DNA of 64,000 nt, taken from Antedon mediterranea (lineage: Eukaryota; Animalia; Echinodermata). The stretch covers positions 186,001 through 250,000 of the forward strand of contig NC_092672.1 of the NCBI RefSeq assembly GCF_964355755.1, in the 5' to 3' direction. The notes beneath the pieces were generated by a model. It made no database searches and had not been told where the DNA came from. It saw nothing but the letters and a program-made list of their open reading frames with translations. Below, one piece after another: positions 11,201 to 23,905 of this stretch (its first letter is position 1; the number at the start of each line of letters is the position of its first letter). The position numbers and the translations under genes were made by a program.

Positions 11201-14088
11201 TCTAGTGGGAATGGCACTAATTGAACGTTTGGGCCAAGATCTGTTAGGCGCACTCGATGGTGGGGTCCCAGACTCCGGACACGGAGCCATGATCAAAGCA
11301 GCTGCCGATGGTGATGCGGATGCTCTTAAACGCCTCATCGATTCTAATCCAACTTGGGTAAGTTTGTTTGGTCACTATATGGAGGCAATTTGTGAAGTCA
11401 ATCGACAATCGTCGTGACTTTTCCTACTCTAGCCTACTCTAAATGTTCTGTCTGGAAATTGTTAAATCTTCTACCATCAAACGCGTATTACAATTCAGTT
11501 TAACTGTTACATTATGTCTAACTATTTTTAGGTTGATAAGAAGACAAAGGACATGACTGCATTACATGTAGCGGCTCATCAAGGACACTTGGATTGCATA
11601 CGGACTTTGGTTAAGGCTAATGCCACATTGAATGTCCGTGACGAAAATCAGCTCACACCTCTTCATTTCTCCATTATTGGGTTGGTATATTGTCATGTTT
11701 GGCGCGGATCCTATGTCATAGATATTATATTTATAAAATACACCATAGACAAATATTATTAATATTATAGCAATATCTAATATTCAGAATTGAAGTGTGT
11801 AAAGGTCATCACTTTACATTTTATGATGGTAAAAATACAGTGTTTTTAAAAGTGTTTAGCAACATTAGATCATACAAATATCTTGTACATTAGCCTAAGG
11901 TAATCTCCACTTTGAAACCACGACTAGAGAACTAAAACATTTGCCATAACACTGATTCCATTGAATGGTTTGGAAAAGATAATTATTAATGACAATACAT
12001 GCTTACGTTTTCTCTCTCGTAGAAATGAAGCCAATGCTACCGAATTACTACTAAGTAGTGGTAGCACCGTTGACGCTGCCGACAAAAATGGTCTAACACC
12101 ACTCCACTTGTGTGCGCTCCAAGGCAAAACAGAGTGCGCACGATTGTTACTTAGAGATATGTTCTACTGCGACAGAAACGCTCAGGTAACAAAAAATAGT
12201 TTAACAAATTATTTGTTAATGTACATTTGAACTCGATGTGTACGTAGAATTCTTGAATTAGAACTACAGGTATATCCTTGTGTTTTTTTTTAAACACAAG
12301 GATATACCTGTAGTTCTAATTCAAAAATTTAAACATTGTTAATGATAAGTTTTTGTTATTCCTTTTTTAGGATAAGGATGGTGACACACCACTCCACTGC
12401 GCTATACTTAAAGATGAAAAAAACATGATCAATATATTGGTTCATGACAGAAACACTGATTGCAAAATCCAAAACAACCGAGGGTTTAATGCACTTCAAT
12501 GGGCCTCACTGAAAGATAATGTCCAGTAAGTAATCGTGGTAACGATGATGCCATAACGAAATCTGGTGATGTTTGTATATAGAGCATTTACAGGTTTGGT
12601 GAAATTGCTGTCCTCATTTCAACAAGAAATAGCTATTCGGTAGCTAATCGACTAAAGCCCCCGTATCACAAGTTTTATTTATTCATTCATTTATTCAAAA
12701 ATATCGTGGTCGCAGCACGAGGCTGAATTACAATTTATATTCATATAAACAATAATTTTAAAATACACATAAGAAATATCAAAAACATTCAAATATCAAA
12801 ATAATTATAAGTATACAAATAAAAAATAGAAAATTGCAAAAACCAAATGTTATTTAATCCTGGTTATCTTCTGACCTGCCTTAAAAACGACATACTTGCT
12901 GTAGGCTACTACTGTGTGGCGATCCATAGTATCATTACAAATAATTATCAGTTTACTCTGTGCATTTTGTTTACGAATATATTCCCATTTGTTGCGTGTA
13001 ATTATTAAATGTGTTTCATTTCAGTGCTGTCAGACGTATTTTGGACAAATGTCCTGACATTGCCAATTACAAGATGGACGACGGGGGACACGCTGCCCTT
13101 CACATTGCAGCAATCAATGACCACACTAACATTGTTAAAGTTCTGATTCAGCAGGTACGCTTGCCTTTTCCCTACGCGAAGTTGATTAACCACAAAAGAA
13201 CATATAGACAGCATTCATTCATATTGTTACGTTTCACGGAAGACTGTACCGTTAAATCTTTGTTATTATTATTTAAACATGGACCCTTTTAATTAAAGAT
13301 CCAAAACAAAACGGTGCCGTTTCCGTTCCGGAGCCTTTTTCTTGATTTCCTCTGATGCAAATGGTTGTTTATTATATTTGTCTTATTTCAAGGGTAAAGC
13401 CGATGTTGATGTACAAAATGCTAAGAAGCGAACACCGCTCCATCTCGCTGTTGAAAAAGGGATGCTGAAAATGATCGAATTACTGGTAAAAAATGGTGCA
13501 AATGTGAACGCACAGGACGAAGAAGGAGATACAGCACTTCACGAGTTACATATCAGAGCTTCTGGCAGACAGTTAATGGGAGGAGGCCTAGGCCTATTAG
13601 GATTGGTAAGTGTCACATAATACACAACGTAATGGAATTACGACATATAACAATTTACTGAGAGTAACTAAAAAGTAGGGCCTTATTGATAATATTAGAC
13701 ATTGTCCACCGTGATGTTTAATTGTTAAATAGTTCGTTTCATTAAATTGACTATTTTACAGCTTTTGAACGCGGCTGGTGGTGATGATGCTCTTGGCAAG
13801 GAAAAGGCTATTGCCATCGGTAAATATCTTATTGAAAATGGCGCTGATATTTATCTGAAAAATAAAAAAAATATGTCAATACTGGATTGCATAATTGACC
13901 GCCAAACCAAGGAAGCAGTTAAAGTTGCCTATGAAAACAGCAGGTTGGTTATTATCATTTGTCTGTTTCTATAGATTACATATTTTAAATACCGAATATT
14001 AGTAACTATGTGTTTTTCTTTATACAAATAACTTATTTTTATTTTATTCCTCAGAAAGCAAAAAGCATCAAAATGTCTCGTTATGTAA
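8296..14088 (+). CDS. Mind bomb-like paralog B (~716 aa): Mib-herc2, ZZ, Mib-herc2, one REP repeat, ankyrin repeats, no RING, C-terminal CaaX (CLVM)
   Basis: 15 phase-compatible exons: 8296-8401, 8567-8674, 8925-9096, 9393-9499, 9698-9892, 10440-10561, 10850-10976, 11170-11357, 11532-11680, 12023-12185, 12371-12525, 13025-13154, 13393-13605, 13762-13943, 14055-14088. Total 2151 nt, divisible by 3, ending in TAA. Motifs: [23 protein letters not shown] cysteines, [13 protein letters not shown], several TPLH/TALH ankyrin motifs. AATAAA at ~14463 and ~14643. Confidence 0.9.
12253..12324. repeat. Perfect 33-bp inverted repeat (hairpin) in an intron of paralog B
   Basis: ttgaattagaactacaggtatatccttgtgttt, a T6 loop, then aaacacaaggatatacctgtagttctaattcaa. 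Confidence 0.9.
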
Positions 14089-15444
14089 AACAGCTCAGTT
14101 TCAGTTTACGAATTCCATCTTGAAGCAGAAGATCTTCACCCAAATAGAACATTCTCGTACAAATTTGGTTAAATTTACTAACAGAGCCTCTTCGCAACAT
14201 AAAGCAAATTAGGATAATAATGTATATACATAATATTATATTGTTTAAAGGTTTATGGAAATTTCCTTTTCGAAACAGATGATACTGCAAACTTACCTTT
14301 ATTAAAGTGTACATAATTGTTTGTAGTGAACTTAAAGTATTTTAAGCGGTAAGATCATGTTTAATGAATTTTAATTTGGATAGTACACACATCACACTCA
14401 TCACACTCATGACACACATAACATCATAATACATGACTATAGATTATTTTATTACGTGTAGAAATAAAACTTTGAAAATTAATATAAAATATAAGAGTCA
14501 AAATCGAACCCGTTTGTTGCGAACTAATATTTTTTAATATATATTTTATGTCTTTAGCAATATTTTATTTATTTTAATACATTTTAAACTGAGATTTTAA
14601 ATATGTATAACACTAGACTGTACAATATAATCACTATTATCCAATAAATAAAACACTAACTTATCATTGTTACGTTCGAGGAGTATAATGAATGACCTAT
14701 ACACCTACTGGGCTTTAAACAAATAATTATTATACCAATACTTTCAATTCAATTCAATTCAACTTTCGTATACGCCAGCTACTATTAAATTTAGTTTAAT
14801 ACAGTATATCTGTTCTATTGTTGAACATTTTTGAAACATAGAGATACCAGGTTTTCAGAAATTTATACTTGAATGTAGGCTTACATTACTGCTCTTCTCT
14901 GGTATCACAAAGTGCGAGCCAGTGAGGCATACAATTCATGCAGGTATAACGGTTATTCAACACAACAAGATCATAAAATATAAACAGCGTGAGCCATACA
15001 CAAGTCAATTTTTACAATTTATAATGACACTATAACGCGAGTGTTTTTAGGGCGCTAAATATAAAGTTTGTGAGATCGAATAAAAGTGGCGTGGCTCCCT
15101 GCTTAAACTTAAGAATGATTAATACAATCAGTATGTTCATAAACGTGATGTGAATACAATGTACTCAAGTGCACCCAATTTGGCACCAGGCGAGCACAGT
15201 GGTATAAAATAGAAAAAATTCACGGAATGTTAATATCTTTTCGTATGTTAATACACTGTGCTCAAGTGGACCCAACTTGGAGCCAGTCTGGAGCACAGTT
15301 TTATAAAATAGAAATAAGTCACTGAATTTTAATATCTTTTCGTATTAAGCATATTTGAATACCTACCGGTATGGTACCATGCATGTTCGACAATACAGTG
15401 TCAATATCTCTATTAAAAAAAAAACAATATTAAAAAAAAAAATT

Positions 15445-15511
15445 TCCGTCGAGGTTTGAACCCCAGCCGATAGCACTCAAAATTGACTGAGCATTCACCG
15501 ATTACGCCACC
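15445..15511 (-). mobile_element. tRNA-like SINE head or tRNA pseudogene
   Basis: Minus strand ggtggcgtaatcggtgaatg...ggggttcaaacctcgacgga has A-box and B-box-like motifs; no convincing cloverleaf. Confidence 0.4.
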
Positions 15512-15614
15512 AAGTACATGACTGAAAAGCTGATAATAGTCTATTTATACGTGTATTACGTAATTGATCATTACGTCATAAATATCCTATTAACCTTGCT
15601 AAAACCAAAATGAT

Positions 15615-15885
15615 CAGTTAGCTCAGTCGTCTGAGCGTCGTGTTAACAACACGTATGTCGTGGGTTCGATTCCCACGCTGGTCGGTGGAATAGAGTTAAG
15701 GCTATGCGAGCCGCTGTGTTTGGGTTCACAGTACGGCCCCCTTTCCACCACACATCATGAGGCGACAACATCAATGCATCTGATGATGTGGTGGAAACGA
15801 CCCGAAAAGGCTGTGGCAGGGCCTTAGTGCTGAGGCAGGGCCTTAGTGCTGAGACAGGGAGAGCACATTTACCATCTTTTTTTTT
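15615..15885 (+). mobile_element. tRNA-derived SINE
   Basis: A box tagctcagtcg, B box ggttcgattcc, about 200 bp of body and a T-run end; a diverged copy lies inverted at ~20180-20425. Confidence 0.7.
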
Positions 15886-16342
15886 GGCTCTCGAAAACTG
15901 CTTTGGTGGTTTAAATTTTATGTTTAGCGCCCTCAATTTATTTTAATGTTAAAAAAGGGAATTAATTCTTTTCGTCGTTACGTGTTTAGAAGAGAATTAA
16001 TTTTATCTCATCGTAGTTTGGTATGCCGTGCGTTTGTTATGCAAATGAGTGTGCACATGTGCTGTGGGAAAGATGGTATTGTTAGTTATTCGCGATCAAA
16101 ACTGTTCAATTTTTATTTTGTTAATCTTTTACATTAGAATTATAATTCTACCGTTACACATTATAGTGTATTTTTAAATATCCGTTTCATGCAAGATATT
16201 GTATTGTAGGCCTACTAGTTGTGGATAAAAGTTTATGGCAGAATAAATAAATATGTTTTAAGCAGATCTTCGAAATTGAAGCATATATGAAGTCGATTTT
16301 TTTTTTAAACCCAACCTACAATTCGCATCTGGATAGTTGAAA

Positions 16343-17203
16343 TTTCAAATTCAAATTCAAATATTCTTTATTCATCATCAATCATGAAAATATACAACAA
16401 TATATGAGAACATAAAATAAAGGTGAAAAAGAAACACATAAAAACTCAAAAGAGCTTGATTAATTGTGTCCCCCTACGTCCCTAACTAGCCTAAAAACTA
16501 AAACATAAATAATAAAAAAAAAGCTAAATCCTGCAACAAGTATTATTTTAAAATTATTTGTAAAATGATAATAAATGTTCTTTAAACAATGATTTAAATA
16601 TATATATATTGATTTGGTACTTTGTAGTTCGTAATTCAAGTCATTCCACAATTTAGGTCCCACACATGACACAGTAAAACTAGTAGAAGTACGATTACGT
16701 TTTCTGAGTCTCATTTTGTCTTTAGTTAACCATTTTTAATAAAGAGCGATGAAAAACGCACGTCCTGATTAGTAGTAACATTATACATGAAAAGCCCAAT
16801 TTGGTACCTATTGATATCCGCAATTTTAAGAAGTTTAAATTTATAGAAACATTCAGTCATTGAATCATTAAACTTTGACCATGTTATAGCTCGTAATGCC
16901 CTTTTCTGGAGTTTAAATAACTCATCTAGATAACTTGGAAATGTACTACACCATATTATGTTGCAATAACTTAATACTGGTTCTTATGAGTGATTTGTAT
17001 ATTGTCCAGAGAGCATAGGTTGGTAAAAAATGTCTTACTTTATAATAGTATGCCTACATATCGAGATATTTTCCTAGCTGTAACATTGATGTGATTCTTA
17101 TATGTGAGAAATTCATCAATATGTACTCCAAGGAATTTAGTCGATTTAACTCTATCTATTCTTTTATTGTTGACATAAATATTTACATTCTCTAATAATT
17201 TAA
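16343..17203 (-). mobile_element. 5'-truncated, decayed LINE (RT C-terminal part, 3' UTR and (TTTGAA)n tail)
   Basis: Minus-strand RT-like remnants (KFLGVHIDEFL, YCNIIWCS, GPKLWNDL), AATAAA and a tandem tail. It interrupts a repeat whose uninterrupted copy is at ~17973-18015. Confidence 0.7.
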
Positions 17204-18689
17204 CATTATAATTATCAAAGGTGATATGATAAATCTAATTGTTTTCTAAATTATAGAAATATTAAAATTAGTAAGTAGGCTTTTGTGTGCTAGCTCTGTT
17301 TGTATTTCATAATTTTGTTTTGTTGAATTACCGTCACGGCCGCGTGCATTGCATGTCTCACACTTGGTAAACAATCACCATTGTATGGCTGGTACTGAAG
17401 ACTTTTATATTTCGTTTCATAAATTCCGAGGACTAAGCTTTCATTCTTAGTTCTGCCCCAACCATGGTGAGCTTATAACTGGAGACTTTATATATATTTT
17501 CATATTCCAATAAATATTTTTTTTCAAAATTGTCTTTGCTCAACCCCAATCATGGTGGGGTAGTGAAGACTCTCATATATCATGTTTCAAAATACTATAG
17601 GTGTCATTTCTGGAGACCTTGTAGCTATTTTAAACAGTTTGGTAAGCCGTGCGTTGTTATGCAAATGAGTTTGTGCAGGTGTAAGATGGTATTGTTAGTC
17701 ATTAGTAACGAAATGTCCGATTCTTCATAGTAGTTGGTCTGTATGGCCGCACCGTCCCAGAATATAAACATGTTTTAAACAGATAGTTTGTCTCTGATGG
17801 TTTTTGTATGGGGTTAATGGAGAGTGAAATAAGATCAAATAGAACAATTTTGCAAAGATACCGATTTCCAGACCAATTTCGAAGCTTAGACTAATTCCGC
17901 CGCCGGGCTAGGCCATGGGCATATACGAAGTCGAGTTTGTTAAAGTAGAAAACCCCACCTAAAATGTTGAAGTCGCATCTGGATAGTTGAAATTATAACA
18001 TTATCATAGGTGACTATGTATAGTAATAAGTATAAGTAAGTGCATTCATGAGCTCTATTTTCATTGCTCTGCCTCAACCATGGATGGGCTAGTACTGGAG
18101 ACATATTTAATTTTATATTTCAATGAATAGGTGCACTTTCCGGGGACAAGCTCATTATTGTCCTGGTGAGTCTTATTATAGTTTGTTTCATTCAAATCAT
18201 GTAACGCCTACTGTATACAGCTCTTTTTTCAAAATTGTCTTTGCTCAGCCCCAAGCATGGTGGGGTACTGAAGATTCTTATGCATGTTGTTTGAAAACAT
18301 AATAGATGTCATTTTAAACAGTTTGGTATGTGCGTGCGTTGTTATGCAAATGAGTCTGTGCAGGTGTATTATGGTAAAGATGGTATGTTAGTCATTCGCG
18401 GTCAACACGCCACACTTTTAAATTTTGATGCGGTTAATTATTTACATTAGAAGATTTTTCAAATCATGTAAATAAAATATTTTCCTGGCGGGAAGCTAGC
18501 AATTCCCCTCGTTTAGTTTGCAAAAGTAATCTCGAAAAGAACTCCATGTGGAAAAGAAACCCACCCAAGAGTAGGCCTACATACGAAAAGATTATAACTT
18601 GAGTGACTTTATTTCTATTTTATATCACTGCTCCCCTGGTACCAAATTGTGTCCACTTGAGCACATAAAATTTAGTGACTTTATTTCTA

Positions 18690-19110
18690 TTTTATTTTTT
18701 TATTAAACCTTATTTTGTGAGGGTGACCCTAAACAGCATATGCAGACAGTCAAAAACATATATGAAAAAACGGATGAACTATGTTCAAAAAATATAAAAA
18801 TATATAATATAATATATGTATTTAATTTTTAAAATATAGCCTACAATACTATACAAAACGTTGAGTTTTTTCTTTTGGGATTAAATATTTTTTTAGAGCA
18901 GACTTAAAATTATATATTGTTACCGCATTCCTTAGTTTGGTGGGTAGCAAATTCAGGTATGTTGGTGCTCTATAGATGAAGCTGTTCTTAAAAGTTTCAG
19001 TTTAGGGAAAGGGGCGTCAAATTTCCTCTCACTGACACTTCGGGTACATCGATGATTTTGAATTCAGGCAAGACGCAGGGCAAGGTTTTCCGGAGCAAGA
19101 CCATTTGCAG
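18690..19110 (-). mobile_element. Decayed LINE 3' fragment
   Basis: Minus-strand PKLKLFKNSFIYRAP-like LINE ORF2 tail followed by an A-rich 3' end. Confidence 0.45.
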
Positions 19111-19164
19111 ACACGTAGGCAAGGCAGCCCAGTTGTAGATGCATGTGATCTTAGACTGTATGAA

Positions 19165-19694
19165 AATTCAATTCAATTCAATTCAAAATTCTTTAATCAT
19201 CCCACACGGGGCAATTCAAATAAAAAGGTCTGGATTAAAATGATCTTACAAAATATACAAAATATCACAATACACAGAACAAAATAGAAAAAAAGTCAAG
19301 TCAAGGTTCAAGAATTTAAGAGTCGAATAGCCACTGGCAAAAACGAATTCCTTTTCCGGTTTGTTCTACATGCCGGGCATCGAAAGCGACGCCCATGAGG
19401 CATGAGCTCGAAATCACTGAAAAAGGCATGGTTAATATTTTTTAGAATAGCTCTACTTTTTTCTAGAGTTTGCATGTCACAGAAAGAAGATAAGCTACGA
19501 AGTTGACAACCTATTAATTTAGAACTTAAGTTAACAATTCTTTGTAGTGAGTTTTTCTCTTTGACCCTAAGACTAACAAACCAGCATATAAAGGAAAAAG
19601 TTAAAACGTTCTCAATAAAGGAATTATAAAAAACCCTAAGAATTACTTTATCGACATTAAAATGGTTCAGCTTCCTTAACAGATAAAGTCTCAT
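19165..19694 (-). mobile_element. LINE 3' fragment, Rex1/Babar-like
   Basis: ORF 19308-19694 (RLYLLRKLNHFNVDKVILRVFYNSFIENVLTFSFICWF...RNSFLPVAIRLLN) is typical of the region after the RT domain; (TTGAA)n tail at 19165-19190. Confidence 0.75.
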
Positions 19695-20179
19695 AAATGT
19701 ATGTATGTATGAAAATGTAAGGTGTTGTAAATGTTAGTTCGTGGTGTGCGAGGATGAGCTTTAAAAAGGATAATGCGAAATGCTCTATTTTGAATGGTCT
19801 GTATATTCGGTCAATAAAATTCGATCTGATTCCCCAAACACTACATCAATAGTCAATGTGTGGGAGGATTATAGTGTTATAGAGGAGTATGGATGTGTGT
19901 TTATTAATGAAATGACCGAGCACGCGATAAGTTTGGAACGGAGTTTATTTACATGAAAAGAAAAAGATAAATTTGAATCAATGTGAATGCCAAGATGTTT
20001 CTGTTTGTCAGTTTGTGATATGGGTATATACGAAACGATATTAAAAGTAGTGACTTTTATTTCTATTTTATATCACTGTGCTATCCTGGTGCTAAAAATT
20101 GGGTCCACTTGAGCAGAGAATGCTCCAGTCGTCAGAATGACACTCTGAATATACCTCAAAAAAGGTGGTACCGCCGCAG

Positions 20180-20425
20180 AAGAAAAAAAAATATGGTGTG
20201 CTCCCTTGCCTCTAATACGGTGAGGCCCTCTCACAACCTTGGATACACATCAAATGCCGTGATGTTATCGCCTCATGGTGTGTGGTGGAATGGGGGACGT
20301 TTAAATCTGTGAACCCCAAACACAGAAACTCGCATAGCTGTAACTCTATTCCACCGAGACCGGCATGGGGTTTGAACCCACGATAATCGTGTTCCACGAC
20401 GCTCTACCGACAGAGCTACCCGGTC
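20180..20425 (-). mobile_element. tRNA-derived SINE, same family as 15615-15885
   Basis: Reverse complement gggtagctctgtcggtagagcgtcgtg...gtgggttcaaacc...cggtggaatagagttacagctatgcgag aligns with the plus-strand copy. Confidence 0.7.
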
Positions 20426-20564
20426 CTCTGATTCAAAGCCACGTAAAACTAATATTAGAATTCTAAAACAAATATTTGATTTTGAAGTTCCTCAACACTT
20501 TCAGACAGAACGTATTAGTATCAAGGTATGAATTCTGAAGTCTATGGGAATCTTCACCAATAGT

Positions 20565-21657
20565 CATTGGCGTACTAAGGCCCGTAGCCGGCCCCAGAGG
20601 GGTTTTTATGGTTCGGGCGAACCCCCCCCCCCCCCCCACCTTTACAGCGAACCCCCCTTAACCGACTGCAAACCCCCATCCCCGACATGCCCAATACCTC
20701 ACCCTCATCTCCGAAAATCGTCCAAATACGTGCCCCACAGTACAAAAAGTTGTTCATAAATTAAAAAATTCGTAAACTCGTTCGGAATAACTCATACATA
20801 CAGTACCTTCTTCCCTGTATGAGCGTACTTCGAGCGATATAGTCTGTAAAGAGTTGCAAATGAATTGCCGATTTTAACCTGAAAAATAAATGTTTGGTCC
20901 CTGCATGTAACATGATATTGACGCGTCTCACAGCGAGCTGGGGGACGAACAATTCGTACAAAGGACACCGCCAGACAACTGCGTACCAATTGTTTAGATC
21001 ATCACTGGCAGTCAGGCAGCATGCATAAAGTATATAGCCTTCCGACATACATCAGTATTTATGTGTGGCTATGAAGTATAATGTATCATAGAGGATTATA
21101 GTGAATATTAATATTTTACACTATAATATCTATGGTATCATGTACTGTAGTTCACATTATGGCATCCGATTATTTTTTTCTAGACCACCAGCCGATACGT
21201 ACTCAAATGTATCAATATCACCTATTTACATTGGCACATTTAATTTCCTCAACAAATTGCTGTAAATAAATATTATAGATAGAGCTATAATAAGAATTGC
21301 ATTTGCCTTCACCCAGTGTTCTTTGGGCTTCTCCTAGACGTACGTTCGCATTGAACTTGAACGCAAAACAAAATATCGAGTAAATGATCAAACAATCGGC
21401 GGTTCCGCACAGAGCACGCGCATCTAAAATACGGCAACAAATGTTATCGTTTAAATAGTCCACGAGTCCGATCGTTTTGCTCATTGGTAGCATGCTGCAT
21501 GAGAGTGTCTTTTCCGGCCATCTAGGGGTGTCATTTAACAAAATTTGCTTCGCCTCAGGCCCCACCCCAGGGGGGGGGGGGGGTAGGTAAGGGGGAGGGG
21601 GTGACCCAAATACTTAGTGTGCGAACCTCCCCTTGACAGATCCTGGCTACGGCCCTG
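20565..21657. mobile_element. Decayed non-autonomous DNA transposon related to the hAT-type family below
   Basis: GC-rich ends (aaggcccgtagcc ... ggctacggccctg); internal block tggtccctgcatgtaacatgat...cgtacaaaggacaccgccagac is shared with the elements at 22322 and 45621. No TSD found. Confidence 0.5.
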
Positions 21658-22321
21658 TTGGAGGCCATTTAAGTTTTAAAATACCTTCATGGTTACCCGT
21701 TGCTCTAGAACACTAATCTACTAAGTTCAATATAGATATACTAAAGTTTAATAAGTAATTGACTGACTTAACTTGATCAAATGCTTTAGCAAAGTCGGTA
21801 TAGCCGGGACTAACATAACAACATTCTAAAATCGTTAATTGTAAAACAGTAAAAAGGATCAGAGACTATAGAGAGGCAATAAGTGCAAGAACGGAAGGGG
21901 TAAAACCATATTTGGCTGATCATCCGTGGACCGTGAGGATTGGGGGAATGATTAAAAATTAAATTGAATTAGAAAAAATGAGTTCAATGTTTTGGAAAAA
22001 GCGACGGTAAGCCAGGTCTTACAAAAGCCAACAATGTTGTATACATTGTTTAACAACACACGCAAAATGCAGTTTATTTAGCTTGGTACTGTATTGCCGT
22101 GCGCTGTTATTTAAATAAGATTATGCAGGTGTAGTGGACTCGTTGTCATTCGCGGTCAACATGTCACACGTAAATTTTGCTTGGTTAATCTTTTACATTA
22201 GATTGTGCCTCATTAGGCCTTTGTATTGTTTTGATTCTAGTATATTATTTTAACTTAACCATTTCTGTTTCATGAAAAAATATACATATATTTTTTTGGT
22301 TACGTACAGTGCGCTCTTGAC

Positions 22322-23905
22322 CAGGGGTGGCGCCAGGATCTTCCCGACGCGGGGGCTACATTCCCCGATGAGGGGGCTATGCGAGCAAAGCGAGCATCAC
22401 AAGGCTGGGGGCCAGGGGGCCGCCAAGGGCCCCGGGTGGGGGTCCAGGGGGCGAAGCCCCCGGAAGCAACGCGTTCTAGCGTCATTTGAGGTCATTTTAA
22501 TCAGATTTAGGGTAGCAATTTTTTCCATTTTTTATAATGCATAAATAAAATACTGCGTGCAAAAAAACGATGCGCGATGACTGTTTCAATCCATCTTTTT
22601 CAATTTAAAAAATAAAAGTTCAAAGAAAATTTAGAAAAATAGAGTTGGAGGTCCTGGAAATTGGACTTATTATACTTCAAAACATGAAACAAAAATAATA
22701 TATAAGTCCCTATCATGGTTGTGACTGACCTAAGAAATGTTTGAAAAATAGAGATGTTAGGTCCCGGAAAATGCACTTCTTGTACTTCGAAATATGACCA
22801 GCTTTATTGTTGGGGCTGAGCTAAGAAAATGTTTAAAACTAGAGCTGCAGGTTATCAAAAAATTGCATTTTATACTTTGGAAACATCAGGCCCAGAGGCT
22901 TAAAAAACGCAAGCGTAGACCTTTTTCAGTCGGGGAAATAAGTTTATTCCTCCCAAGTGTATGCCTGCGTACCATCTGGACTTCCGAGTGGTGAGAAATT
23001 CATGACATACAGGACATTGAAAATTTAATAACTTAGCTATAATAAGATGTTGGCTAAGCGAAAATGGCATGTTTTTTTGTTTAGTAATGGATGAAATATT
23101 TATTTTAGGTGCCCCACGGTACAGAAGGTTACTTGTAAATTAAAAAATTGGTGAACATACGAACAATGAACATAATTCGTTTTTGCTGTAACTAGTGTAG
23201 CGTACGTCGACACAGTACACGACGTAACCGTCGGTAAACTTCGCCTGGAAAATAACTACAGTACACATTTTGGTCCCTGGATGGAACATGATATCACGAC
23301 CCAACGTTGAACGATTCGTACAAAGGGATACCGCCAGACAAGTGCGTACCTATAGCTATTGTTTATAGTAGTAATTTAGATCGCTGGCAATAATGAATGC
23401 ATATAAAGTGCATAATTTCACTCTGACGTACTCTCACGGTCAATGAAACGTCAAGGTTTTCTAGGCGCTGAAGCTACGAAGTGAACGCGAACGAATTATA
23501 TTCCCCGACAAAAAGTACCCGAACCGTCGGTAAACTCCGCCTGGAAAATAACTACATTACACATTTTGGTCCCTGGATGGAACATGATATCACGCGTCTC
23601 GACCCAACGTTGAACGATTCGTACAAAGGGATACCGCCAAACAAGTGCGTACTAGCTATTGTTTAGTAGTTAGATCTCTGGCAATAATGAATGCATAAAA
23701 GTGCATAATAGCCCTCTGACGTACTCTCACGGTCAATGGAACGTCGTGGTTTTCTAGGCGCTGAAGCTATATGAAGTGAACGCGAACGTTTTTTACTGTA
23801 TGTTATATTCCCCGACAAAAAGTACCCGTGTTCCCCGACGAGGGGGCTAGGCTCCCCGACGAGGGGGCTAGAGCCCCCGTAGCCCCCCCGCTGGCGCCGC
23901 CACTG
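22322..23905. mobile_element. Non-autonomous hAT-type DNA transposon
   Basis: TIRs caggggtggcgccag / ctggcgccgccactg; perfect 8-bp TSD CTCTTGAC (22314-22321, 23906-23913); internal ~297-bp tandem duplication (~23227-23826). Confidence 0.88.

Noticed and set aside
15615-15690. Functional tRNA gene
   Set aside because: A and B boxes are present but the stems are imperfect, and the sequence continues into a body shared with the copy at ~20180-20425, so it is a SINE.
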